From NCBI RefSeq assembly GCF_006345805.1, contig NW_021827553.1, positions 1 to 32,255 of the forward strand: DNA of 32,255 nt. The letters run 5' to 3'. Shown piece by piece: positions 10,258-22,764 of this stretch. The notes below the pieces were generated by a model. It was given only the letters and a program-made list of their open reading frames with translations. It had not been told where the DNA came from and made no database searches. Numbering within the stretch: the stretch's first letter is position 1; each line of letters opens with the position of its first letter. Source of the DNA: Octopus sinensis. Its lineage: Eukaryota. The translations under genes were made by a program, and so were the position numbers.

Positions 10258-10394
10258 CATACATATACATACATACATACATACATACATACCCTGTAAA
10301 TGTTGAAATTCCAATGAAGGAGCCTTGGAACAAGGTCGAAACCGGTTCTTCCACTGTTGGTAAGAAATCTTGAAATAAAACCGAGTAATGACAT
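9936..10394 (+). mobile_element. 5'-truncated RLE retrotransposon copy 2 (same family as 764-1757)
   Basis: The open frame 9936-10226 ([26 protein letters not shown]...GALGYVTQCLSTNLEKLGFSKSERRKLIRRL...CKTFQKFII) aligns with copy 1. The 3' UTR 10291-10394 matches 764-875(-). Confidence 0.85.
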
Positions 10395-10474
10395 CTATCC
10401 ATCCATTCTCCATCCATCCACACACTCACACATACATACGCAGACATACACAACATATACATCATAGTTATACG

Positions 10475-10523
<49 letters not shown>

Positions 10524-10599
10524 GTGTGTTGTATATATATATATATGTATTATGATAGATGTATATGTATTATATGTATATATATATATGTTATATTAT

Positions 10600-10652
<53 letters not shown>

Positions 10653-10663
10653 TACACACCACA

Positions 10664-10845
10664 CAACATAGATCGTTAGCCACTAGACACATTCTTTCTC
10701 TCCTTGTTTTTCTGTGGCCCTTTCTGTAGAAGAGCGTAGGCTCGAAACGTAAAAGACTTTTTTCTATTCCTGAGCGTGATACTAATACATTGTTTGTTTG
10801 TACACCACCTGTCTTCGTCTTTTGTTTTTTCGTTAAAACTCTCCC
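10664..10845 (+). mobile_element. Short repeat with hammerhead-like core, embedded in (TA)n (Penelope pseudo-LTR-like)
   Basis: cttt-CTGTAGA-A-GAGC/GTAG/GCTC-GAAA-CG-TA-aaag at 10720-10755; (TA)n arrays at 10478-10650 and 10846-10928. Confidence 0.45.
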
Positions 10846-10902
<57 letters not shown>

Positions 10903-12222
10903 TTATATATATTATATATATATATATAGCTATTATTAATCAAATACAATATTATAGTCACGTGATAGCCAAATTTCGAAATAGTCTTTTTCCTACTTGA
11001 AGTTGAGAACCAACCAGAAATAGTTGAAAGAATTAGTGTAGGACCCTTTGTCAATAGAAGTCTGAACGTACCACATTGGGCCCATGGGTCCCATGGTTGT
11101 CGTGTGTATATATGTATACACACACACGCACACACGCATACATAAATGTATACGCACACGCATATGTGTTTATATTTACCCACAGGCCTTAAAGTTGCAG
11201 ATTTATTATCAAAGTAATTTAAGTATGAAACAATTGATCGTCTTATTTATGCACAATGTATCTGGGACTAAATTGTCCAGCGCGCCTAGTCTTTCTAAGA
11301 CACTAAGCTGTAGCTTGAGATAGTTTTGACTGTTATTTCTAGCCTAGATGTTCTATAACCTAAACGTTGTTTACATCATAGCACTCTCGTTCTTTCTTTC
11401 TTTCTCACTTCTTCCTATTCTTCTTCTTTTGTTTTCTTTCATTCATTATTTCCATTTTCTTATTGTTCTCCCAACATTAAACCATTCTTTCCGCTTCTGA
11501 CCAAATTCTTCCCTAAATACTTCCATTAAAAACAATTACATCCCCATACCCGTCAACCACCCGCTTGTTCTATTCAAACATTCCTCTATATCTTTCGAAG
11601 CTTACAACGAAAGAAGCCCCAAGTCCACCTTCCCCTTCTTACACATCGATGATCGCATGTATCACAGAGAAACCCTGGTATTATAACAACCTTCTTTTCA
11701 AAATTAACTTTCTGAAGCTATTCCTGTAAACTTATTAATGTTCTCGGAGGAAACAAATCGAAGAACTGAAGAAATCTCACTTAATTCCTGTTAACTAGGC
11801 ATTTCAGTTGACCTCACTCACTTCGAGCATAATGATTAGTTCCCAGGGCATTTTTCTACAACAGGCATTAAATGTTCTTCCTTCTTTTACATCAACGCTT
11901 TCTGAAATAATTCGACTTTTAATTAAGTCTTGTTCGTTCCAATTTTCCAATTTTCGGAATTAATTATTTCCTGACACAACAATAGTATTCACAGTATCAA
12001 AAGTACACACCCATCTATACAAGTGTGTTAAGAGGGAAGCTAATAGATTAATCTTCAGAGCGATTCCTATAGACCGTACAACACACGCATGTATAAATAT
12101 ATATATATATATATATATATGTCGTACCATACACAACACATACAATGTCATATGACATTAAGGAGCTTTTTGAGTACACACATACATATATATATAAAAT
12201 ATAATTATATATATATATATAT

Positions 12223-12268
<46 letters not shown>

Positions 12269-12289
12269 ATGTAACTTTAATAGTGTTTA

Positions 12290-12661
12290 CTTCCGGACTC
12301 ACTCATTCTGTGAGAGTTTTCAGTTCGAATCGCACGTGTCTCGAGGTGTGCAGGAGAATTTCTATTTTAGATATGTTTGGGGTACTTAACTGTGCTCATG
12401 ATTTAGTGATTGCTTCTTCCATGGGTATAAGTAAGTATTTCATTTATTTCTTTGCCGCATTTATCACTGACGAAGGGAAGGTTCTTATGAATTAACTCTG
12501 AAATCGGGGCCGATATGATAACAACGAAATTTTTTAGAAATTTCTGTCGGCTTTCTTCGAGACGCGTGCTTATAGTGATGAATTATATGGTTATTGACAA
12601 TGTGTTTATTTCGGCATATTTGGCGTTAGAAATTTTTTTCTTTGCCCTTGTTTATAAGTTG

Positions 12662-12710
<49 letters not shown>

Positions 12711-12890
12711 ATATATATATATATGTTAGAAGTTTGGAGATGATGTACAGGTATTTTATAGTAGAAAGAAATGAGGTACTCAGAAATCTGGATGGTTTTT
12801 ATTTACAGATATTATTAGTATAGTATACACACACACACACACACACACACAACACACACAACACACACACAACACATATATATTATATAT

Positions 12891-12938
<48 letters not shown>

Positions 12939-13200
12939 ATGTATATGTATGGTGTGTGTGTGTGTGAAAAGTGTTCACCATAGCCCTTGCCGATTCGTAT
13001 TCGTTACCCATGTCTCGCATCCATTCGTAAAAATCGAAAGGCATAGAATTTGTACATCTTTATTTTCGTTGTTTGGCTTTTTTTCAGATGGGGTTTATTT
13101 CTGCCTCATGTCAGAAATTCTTAATGCTTTCTTTGATGAATATTTTGTTTCATTTTGTCTTTATATTAATCTCAGTCTTTTAAATTTCAATCAATTTATT
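12290..13200 (-). mobile_element. Highly decayed LINE RT C-terminal remnant, split by microsatellites
   Basis: KMY...F TNGCETW near 13010-13070 resembles the LINE K+Y...+L.YG.E.W motif; ISTRLEESRQKFLKNF...ISELI near 12500-12575 resembles a LINE C-terminus. Confidence 0.35.
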
Positions 13201-13614
13201 CTTGTTGACTGAGATCCTTATATTTTTCCCTTCCCTTATCTCTCTCTCGATATTTCTCTTTTTTTCTCTCCCTGAGAATCTGTTTCCACTTCTCTTAATT
13301 TCCTAACGTCTTCCTCTACACTTCGTTATCATGCACAAATTTACTTATTTCCACAATCAATCTCTTCCCGTCTTTATCCTTCTCCATATCATTCTCATCT
13401 ACTTCATGTCTCAGTTATTTTATTAAATTACTTATTTTATTTCCCTGTATTGTAGAGTTCTATCATTCTTCTTTCCGCATCTCCACTCCTACTCATGCTA
13501 TCTCTTTCTCAATCACTTTCCCCGTCCTTCTCTATTTATTCACTGTCTGCTCGCATGATTACCTGTCTCGCCGCTGTCAGCTGCTTATTTCTCCTCTGTT
13601 TCCATTACATTTTG

Positions 13615-13713
<99 letters not shown>

Positions 13714-13831
13714 GTCTGTCTGTCTGTCTGTCTGTCTGTATTTATGGTTACTTTTTAACGGTTTTAAACCGGTGTTGCATATCTATAGTATTTTATATCC
13801 AACAAATTGGTGCTAATATCAATATCAATAC

Positions 13832-13887
<56 letters not shown>

Positions 13888-13905
13888 AATGCATGTATAT
13901 GTATG

Positions 13906-13936
<31 letters not shown>

Positions 13937-14030
13937 GTATATATGTATAATATATGTATATATGTATGTATATATGTATATGTAATACACAGACACGTGC
14001 ACACAAACATAGATGCATATATCGCATGTC
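13615..14030. repeat. (TCTA)n/(TCTG)n and (TA)n/(CA)n arrays
   Basis: Directly visible. Confidence 0.95.
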
Positions 14031-14334
14031 CACACATTTTCCTTTGAAAAATCCATCCAGCTTCAACCTCGTCTTACTCACTCTACTTAAATTAATAAAA
14101 TCAATTAGGTTTTACTTACTAATGGTTCAACTAATAAACTGGAACATAGTTTTATGGCACCATTTAAGCAGCAATGATCCGAATGAAACTCTAAAGAAAC
14201 TACGTTATCTGCATAAATTCTATTAGTAAAATTAATATGAATTCCGATTTCAAAGACGATGAAAGTGCTCTCGTGTAGTCTTTAAATCGGAATATAACCA
14301 AACAGCAATGAAGCCACCTCAGCGTGGGCATTGC

Positions 14335-14415
14335 ATATGCTAGAAGCAGCAGCTAAATGTTCTTCAAATTTCAGTACAGTATCTTGAAAAAAAGGAAGAA
14401 CCAGTTGGATAAAGA
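14335..14415 (+). repeat. Dispersed repeat fragment, also present at ~30460-30530
   Basis: Shared pattern agctaaat..c..aaat...ca....t.tctt.aaaa..ggaag..ca.ttggataaa in both places. Confidence 0.5.
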
Positions 14416-14430
14416 TTTTTAAACATAATC

Positions 14431-14891
14431 CTTTTATCTTCTATCTTTTACCTGTTTCACTCATTGGACTGCGGCCATGCCGGAGCATCGCTCTGAAGAG
14501 TTTTAGTCGAACAAATCACCCCCACCCAGTACATATTTTTTCTTAAATTTTGGTATTTATTCTATCAGTTTTCTTTTCCCGAACTGCTAAGTTACGGGGA
14601 CGTCAACAAATCAACACTCGCTGACATGCGGTGGGTAGGGACGGTCACACAGACACAAAGACATGCACACACACACACATACACAAACACACACACACAC
14701 GCACACACATACACACATACACACACACACACAAGGGGCTTCCGTACAGTATCCGTCTACCGTATTCACTCACAATGTATTGGTCAGTCCGTGGCTAGAG
14801 TACATGACACGTGTCCAAGGTGATGAGCAGTGAGACTGAACCGGAAACCTCGTGATCGCAAAAGCGCGGTCATTAACCACACAGTCGTGCC
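14431..14891 (-). mobile_element. Full-length diverged SINE family B with internal (CA)n
   Basis: Reverse complement of the head (ggcacgactgtgtggttaa...ggtttccggttcagtctc) and of the tail (tctatcttttacctgtttcactcattggactgcggccatgc). Confidence 0.85.
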
Positions 14892-15056
14892 AACGCCCAA
14901 AAATTAAAGCCCCAAGAAGCACCTGACTTGAAGGCTTTGATCCTAAGTTTGCTGGTCGTGAACTGACCTAGGGCTAAACCATAACGAATAGTATTGAAGA
15001 CAAAAAATAAATCTCATTAAACACAACAATGGAGAGAATATCAACTACTGCTTTTT

Positions 15057-15444
15057 AACCATATCATTCCGGGTTCAGTCCCACTTCATGGCACCTTGGG
15101 CAAGTGTCTTCTACTATAGCCTCGGGCCGACCAAGGCCTTGTCAGTGAATTTGGGAGACGGAAACTGAAAAGAAGCCCGTCGTATATATATATATATAAT
15201 ATATATTATATATATATATATGTGTGTGTGTGTTTGTGTGTCTGCTTGTCCCCCGCCCAACATCGCTTGACAACCGATGCTGGTGTGTTTACGTCCCCGT
15301 AACTTAGCGGTTCGGCAAAAGAGACCGATAGAATAAGTACTAAGCTTACAAAGAATAAGTTCTGGGGTAGATTTGCTCGACTAAAGGCGGTGCTTCAGCA
15401 TGGCCACAGTCAAATGACTGAAACAAGTAAAAGAGTAAAAAGAG
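15057..15444 (+). mobile_element. SINE family B, 5'-truncated, internal (TA)n(TG)n
   Basis: Highly similar to 901-1313. Confidence 0.9.
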
Positions 15445-15674
15445 TACAGTACAGTAGTGTTTCTACTTCGCGGATTTTCCCCTATCGCGGGGGGTTTTGG
15501 AACTAACACTCGCGATTAGTCGATTTGCTCGACTAAAGGCGGTGCTCCAGCATGGCCACAGTCAAATTACTGAAACAAGTAAAAGAGTAAAAAGAGTACA
15601 GTACAGTAGTGTTTCTACTTCGCGGATTTTCCCCTATCGCGGGGGGTTTTGGAACTAACACCCGCGATAGTCGA
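15370..15674 (+). repeat. 152-bp tandem duplication (SINE tail plus transposon end)
   Basis: 15370-15521 and 15522-15674 are nearly identical. Confidence 0.9.
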
Positions 15675-15686
15675 GAGATTACTGCA
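15598..15686 (-). mobile_element. pogo/Tigger-like DNA transposon terminus (partial second copy 15445-15523)
   Basis: Reverse complement cagtaatctctcgactatcgcgggtgttagttccaaaaccccccgcgataggggaaaatccgcgaagtag resembles Tigger/pogo TIRs and subterminal sequence. Confidence 0.65.
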
Positions 15687-16105
15687 TCTGCTTTTTCTAG
15701 CAAACAGTGACACGTCTTGTCACGGCCCTCAGTAATCACTTTGCGATGTAATTACAGCGAATGGCACACCACCTATAATCTGAGATATTCACGATATCAA
15801 ATTAGGTAGAAAGTTCTTGTAATTGTAACGATTTTAGCAGGAAAATACGTCATAAAGTCATTGGTAATATTGGAGATGGAATCTTAATGAAATCACTTCA
15901 TGTCGATATAAACTAAAAGTAATTAAACCAGAAACTAATTAAACGTATTTCGGTTTACGTTGGAACACGTTGAGTAAACACGTCTGGGATGGCGGCAAGT
16001 TTATGTAGACAGGTTTCAGGTGAATATATATAGGTTGCCTAATTCTTTTTGAACTGTACTTTGGCGAAATCTTCACTCAGTACAGGTGTGGTGTATATTA
16101 TATAT

Positions 16106-16147
<42 letters not shown>

Positions 16148-16168
16148 TATATATATATAATATATGTG

Positions 16169-16208
<40 letters not shown>

Positions 16209-16220
16209 TATAGATATTAA

Positions 16221-16272
<52 letters not shown>

Positions 16273-16467
16273 AGACGAGCTGGCAGAATCGTTAGCACGC
16301 TGGACGAAATGCCTATCGGTATTTCGACCGTCGCAACGTTCTGAGTTCAAATTCGACTTGCCTTTCATCATTTCGGGGTCGATAAAATAAGTACCAGTTG
16401 GACACTGGGGTCGATGTAATCGTCTCATCACTACCTCCCCAAGCTGTCCTAGGAAACATTTGAAATA

Positions 16468-16468
<1 letters not shown>
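16273..16468 (+). mobile_element. SINE family A inside a (TA)n array
   Basis: gacgagctggcagaatcgttagcacg...gagttcaaattc...tttcggggtcgataaaataagtaccag; (TA)n at 16093-16271 and 16468-16570. Confidence 0.85.
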
Positions 16469-16544
<76 letters not shown>

Positions 16545-17339
16545 GTCACACAAATATATATATATATATGCCTAGGTGTTCAAGCGCGCGAACACGCATG
16601 CACACACACGCATACACATATACACCCACAACACGCATACACACGAACACGAACAAACAGTTGAGACATGCTTGAGACATATTCGAACCCGTAAGAGGCC
16701 CACTCACTGCGTTTTGTCATGGTGAAAATTACTTTCTGTAAACAGAAAGTGTGAAGGCATCAGATCAGTTCGCAGCGCCCTCTACCCGGACCCATGGATG
16801 CACACATTTCCGAGCATCTTCCCTGAAGTGAAGCCTAATCTCGTAATCAGTTCAGAGTCGCCTCTTTTCCCAGTGTTTCATATTAAAGAGAAGATAACTA
16901 ATTCGAAATGTACGGACTCATTGATCTGCGTAGAGGGCGCTCTGCATTGCCCTGGTTTGCTTCTACCTCTTTGTCTACAACACAATTTTTTCTCTCCATT
17001 GTCTTCGAATATTTATCAAAATCATATTTCAACTGGTCACAAGTTTATATTTACATAAGCCCTTGCTTAGCGTTTCTAATCCGTATTTATGTGAACTTTT
17101 AAGATGTCATTTGTGACTTTCAGCTTTTGGACTGATGGAGGCAGGCAAGCCTAAACTTCGAAGTCACTGTCACTCTTTTCATTGTAAAAAGTTTAATCGA
17201 TATGTACTCTACTAAATAGTATTGAGTAATCTTTTAGTTTAGTGTTAAATATTGATTTTATAATAACTTGACATAAAAACAAACTCTAATATGGTTTGTG
17301 TGCGTGTGTATACGCGCGTGCGCACGCGTGTATGTTTGT

Positions 17340-17340
17340 G

Positions 17341-17424
<84 letters not shown>

Positions 17425-17475
17425 ATATCCCTATCTACATATCTATATCTCTATCTATATATCTATCTATATAGC
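17340..17475. repeat. (TATC)n array
   Basis: Directly visible. Confidence 0.95.
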
Positions 17476-18932
17476 CATCAACTCCTTGGAAGTGAGAGAA
17501 AAAAGAAAACGGCAGTAAAACGCCGAACTAGATGTCTTACATAATTTAGTTAATTTAATTGATTCGATCGATTGTACCATTCTCCACTAAGTTATGACCT
17601 TCACCTTGAGATTCCATGAAAACATTTGTTAAAGAAACAAAGAATATTTATCAAAGAACATTCGCAAGTTTTTATCACGTGACGTTCAAGCCTGATGAGA
17701 TTTCTAAGCAGATTCCAATTCTTTTCTCCAAATCTAATTATTTCACACACAAAAAAAATATCTTTTGCAACTGTTACTTTTATCTCTCTTTTAAATTTAA
17801 ATTATTTTGATTCCAAATTCGAATGTTTTTTTTTTATTAAATTTTGATTGAAAAATTAAAGATTCTTTTTTTCTTTTGCAAATTGTTTTTTTTTTATCTT
17901 CATTTCTTTTTTAATTCTGTTTGATTGTAAACATCACACTAAAACACAATGTTGTGCTTTAGTTTAACCATATTTTTGCATGTAATTTGTTGATAAATTT
18001 TATGGAATAAAACAACAAATTAAAAGTTTATATAAGTTATATATTTGGCTAATTATTCAAAACTTTAATTAGTATATAATGATTGGAAATTTTTGCAAAG
18101 TTTTTTTCTGCAACTTTAGTTGTTATTTAGAATTGTGTAAAGAATACGACGTTTGTATAAATAAGAATTGTGATTGAACATTCTAGAAATAAGATAGATT
18201 TCTCAATCATGTCCAGTCACTGACGAAGCTTTCTCTCCAATATGAACACGATTATCTACTGGCGATTCACTCTAACGAATTATCTATAAGTATCATGGGT
18301 AGGCACTGCTCATATGTATAAACAGTGGGAGCTCTGCTTATTAGAGAAAAACTGAGTTGAATGTACGAATTAATATTCATTATAAAAACTGCATCCGACG
18401 CTAATAGCTACTTAATAAGTAAACCCTGCTTTTTGCGATATTACTGACTCTTTTGTTAGTGTTAAATTATATCAGTATGACGAGATTTCTGTCTAGCATT
18501 CCTTGGTTAGGTGTTTACTGCTGACGATGCGAAAATACGCTGAAATTACGTAATAGTCCTAAAACCGTTACTGACGAAATTTCATCTGTCGGTATAATCT
18601 GTGATTTTCAGCATTATTCGTCTCTACGAGATGATTTCGTAGGCGATTACTGCAGTTTATGGCGTTATCACAGCACATCCAAAATAAGTTGGAAGCACAC
18701 ATTATCTATATTGCTCTTTCTTTTTGCTTTATATAGACGTATCAAACCTTTTCAAGTATAGATTAGTTGAAAGATGGCGCCGAGCCATCGTCTGGCGAAC
18801 GTATTTGCATAAATCTTTAAGCCAACTATTTTATCCAAATTTCTTTCTACTTCTCTCTTACATAACAAACATACGGGCACACATGCCCGTATACTTATTA
18901 CGCGTATATGAATATTCAATCTTACAAGCGTG

Positions 18933-18963
<31 letters not shown>

Positions 18964-20261
18964 CACATACATATATGAACCTATCATTTATATATATATA
19001 TATATATATATTATATAATATACTACATATATTATAGAGAGAGAGAGAAAGAGGGAGAGAGAGAGAGATTGAAGCGTAAACACTGATATCTCTTTTGTAC
19101 TGGAACATTATGTCAATGATACTATTTTTTAAAAACTTTTCAGGTGAAATATTGTTTCTATGGTGTAGAATTGGGATTTTTTCAAAGATGGTTGAGATGG
19201 CAAACCGATAAGAATTAGTCAGGCTGCTGAAGGTAGTGCCTGAAGAAGCTATAGTTGTGTATGTGTAGGTAACAGTGTCGGATGTAGTGATGGTAACAGA
19301 ATGCGAGCTTATTCCTCTACCAATATTTGCCAATATTGTTTTCTCTGAGCAGATTTCAAGAGAAACAGAGATAAATATTGCTGGACGGATAAATATTGTT
19401 GCATTATTTTAACAATTGTCAACAAAATCACAAACAAATGCAAAAAGGAGATTATGAACAAAATCCATTTGGATGCAGCAATCCAAGGAATTTTGGTGAG
19501 AATAGCATCAGAAACGTGCTAAGACTTCTTTATATCCATTTAAGGAAACACTTTACAACGAAAGTGTGTACAACCATTTCACAGATAAACTGCAAAACTA
19601 GAAATGTAGAATGCCACATGAAATGCATAAAAGTGCCATGTAGAGGCACCACCACAGTCTTGTAGAGTCCTGCAGTTTAGATATGAGAATTGCAGGATAC
19701 TGGAAAGACTAGAATGGAATGGAACAAATAACCATTCTCTATCAACGAGCAGAGTAGAAACTCGATGGGTCGATTAAAATGTTCAACTAAAAATATTTTC
19801 TGTATAGACATATAAAAATAGAATGTTAGGACATTAAAAAGGCTGTAAAGATACTGGAAACAGATTCTCGCACTTTTATAAACGAATGGTGTAACAATTT
19901 TTCTTTAACTCCAATAATGATACACGATGCTAAAATCAACTAATGCCACCCATGCAAGATGTGTTCTTGTGTTGGTTTTCAATAAAAATAAGCACATAAA
20001 AGCATAAATAAATGCATTCAGCTCAACCACTTTCTGTGGAGGTGTTGCGTATCACAGGAAATTCAGTTAAAAAAATCTAAATTAAAGTTATTTAAAAATC
20101 TGTACTCATTGAAATGGCCACAGAGCTGCTGCAACGGAAAATGGTTTTGGGAAAGAGAAAAGATTTTTAGACAAACATCAACAGTTGAGTGTGTTTATCG
20201 GATTTAATAGTATGAGTCTTCGAAAATATTGCAACATCAACACGTGACGTGTGCACGTGAA

Positions 20262-20262
<1 letters not shown>

Positions 20263-20358
<96 letters not shown>

Positions 20359-20400
20359 CCTCTCTGTCTGTCTGTCTGAATGTCTGTCTGGCTGGCTAAA
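20263..20400. repeat. (TCTA)n then (TCTG)n array
   Basis: Directly visible. Confidence 0.95.
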
Positions 20401-20537
20401 TATATCTCTACTCAAATAGCTACATAAATGTACACATACTCCCCCCCCCCGACACACACTCAGAAACACACACACCACACAAACTCACACACATATTTCG
20501 AGTTAGCTCGCAAGTTAGCTTGATATTTACTTTTCAT

Positions 20538-20586
<49 letters not shown>

Positions 20587-20694
20587 ATATATATATACTC
20601 ACACATATATGCACACTCACACATACATACATACATACACAAATATATACAGATACACACACTTCCATATATATATATGCACACGTGCACATCC

Positions 20695-20910
20695 GCAGGC
20701 GTCGACACACACGACCGTTGAATTAGTTGTACTCAAAGTTCCGACGCCGTCCTTCGCCATGTAATATGGAGTTATCTTTTCTTTCGCAGTGAAGATAAGC
20801 CACCAGTCAACACGTTGTCGACGCGATGCTGATAAACCAGAGAGCTGGCCGCCATTTTCCAACAGATGAAGCCGACGATAGAAATGCTGCAAGAATAATG
20901 GCGACGGCTA
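20695..20910. promoter_or_regulatory. CpG-rich island with three YY1-type motifs (candidate promoter/5' UTR)
   Basis: CGCCATGT at 20755, GCCGCCATTTT at 20848-20858, AATGGCGAC at 20897-20905; locally many CpGs. Confidence 0.35.
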
Positions 20911-21231
20911 ACAACAATATACGAATAGAAACATATATAAATAGAAACTTCTATTGTATGTATAGATGTACTACGTGTATATGCGTGTAATTTCGTATGC
21001 ATCTACTTATTTTATCTGTATGCTTGTATGTAAGAATGTATGTATGCATGTATGTGAGTGCATGTATGCATGCGAGTGTGTATGGATATTTGTATGTGCG
21101 TCAGCGCTGTGTGTATTTCTGTATCTTTGTACGCGCTTTTGTGTGCATACATGTATAGGTGCGCTTATGTATTGTGTATCTGTCGAGTATATGATATGCA
21201 GTATGTGTGTATGTTCTATATGTATATATAT

Positions 21232-21274
<43 letters not shown>

Positions 21275-21434
21275 TGTACTTTTATGTATTTTTATGTATC
21301 TGTGAGAGTGCGTGTGGGTTTGCACATATGACTACATTTATTTGATACACAATATTATACACAACACAAATACAGACATAAAAATGCATATAAAAATATA
21401 TATATATACATATAATATTTGTAACTATATATAT

Positions 21435-21482
<48 letters not shown>

Positions 21483-21534
21483 TACAATATTTATATATAT
21501 ATATGTATATGTAAATATATATGTCCTCCTCCCC

Positions 21535-21606
21535 TTACTACTACTACTACTACTACTGCTGATAACGAGAAAATAAATTCAAGTATTACATTATATATTC
21601 ATTAAC

Positions 21607-21681
<75 letters not shown>

Positions 21682-21690
21682 CATTATTAA
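21535..21690. repeat. (ACT)n and (AAT)n arrays
   Basis: Directly visible. Confidence 0.95.
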
Positions 21691-21993
21691 TAAATAGAGG
21701 GAAAGTTAGACGAAAAGAAAATATATTCAAATTTTCTATGTATTTATCCATATATAGGCGAATTTATAACTAAAATGTATGAATTATCTAAATTAAGGGT
21801 ATTGATAAACGTATATTGTCAAAGAATTGTATACATTGATATCCATATATCCATATTTATACATATACGTGCGCGTGTGTATATATATATATATATATAT
21901 ATTAGATATATATATATATATAGTATGTATATATATGGATATATATATATATATGCGTATGGTATAATGTATATGGATATGTATATAATACTG

Positions 21994-22038
<45 letters not shown>

Positions 22039-22639
22039 TATGATGTATGTATGTATGTATGTATACATTTGCGTGTGTTCATTTGTGATGTGAAATGTAC
22101 ATTAACATCGTCCAAGTCGAAGTGTATAGATAGCGGGAAACATTATCAGCGTATGAAGTAGAGTTAATGGATATACAGAAAACATACGCCTCCATTGCTA
22201 GATATATGTAATATACCATGATATGATATAATATAAATAAAATAAAATAAAATATAAAATAATAAAATAATATAATATAATCTAATGTAGTATATGAGGA
22301 TATATATGTACGTGTGTATGTATATACGAACATGTAGAAAGTTCTCAATATAAGCAATAGAGTATATTAAAGTAATCTACAGTTGCATGGAGAACTTTGT
22401 TGCTTCTATAGTTGCTATAAATTAGTGGAAACATTCCCATACGAATACACAAAACCGTTCTCTACATAATTGTATCAATTCTTCTGTCTTCCTTCTCATT
22501 GGTTTGTTATCTTTGTGAAGCATTGACCTTTCGTACTATGGTCTATATCTCACAGATTACAGTGTAACAAAAATCTTATTAGAAATATATAAAAAAAAGG
22601 AGTTTTGCATTATATGTATACATTCAGTCATTGAGGAGG

Positions 22640-22705
22640 ATGGTTGCTACTTCACTGATGAAATATATCTGGAATTTAAAGGGCGATTATATTGAAGAAA
22701 AGATC
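22640..22705 (+). mobile_element. Mariner transposase extreme C-terminal remnant
   Basis: KYIWNLKGDYIEE resembles mariner W.KCI.LKGDYVEK. Confidence 0.4.
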
Positions 22706-22764
22706 GGAATTGTTGAGTTCTTGCAGACACTTCTATCGCTATTTATTGATAAATGTTCAACTAA

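Noticed and set aside
11003-11100. Plus-strand exon candidate VENQPEIVERISVGPFVNRSLN, with a nearby ccatggg-t-cccatgg palindrome and GTCACGTG E-box (10963)
   Set aside because: Weak donor and no recognisable protein; short motifs are expected by chance.
11350-12070. Pyrimidine-rich block, possibly a minus-strand retroelement ORF
   Set aside because: No motif could be assigned and frames are interrupted.
16798-17102. ORFs of 86 aa and 64 aa
   Set aside because: No domain similarity and no convincing splice signals.
17690-18600. Additional CTGANGA motifs (17693, 18228, 18522, 18571)
   Set aside because: No stem II followed by GAAA and UH, so not hammerheads.
18959-19333. 124-aa Ser/Thr-rich minus-strand ORF
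   Set aside because: Runs into microsatellite, and no family or splice support.
19360-19990. Possible very old R4-like remnant (RETEINIAG, ITNKCK, KVC-like words)
   Set aside because: Similarity is too fragmentary to call without a profile search.
20770-20850. Strong plus-strand acceptor ttttctttcgcag at 20789
   Set aside because: All frames stop within about 80 nt and no good donor follows.
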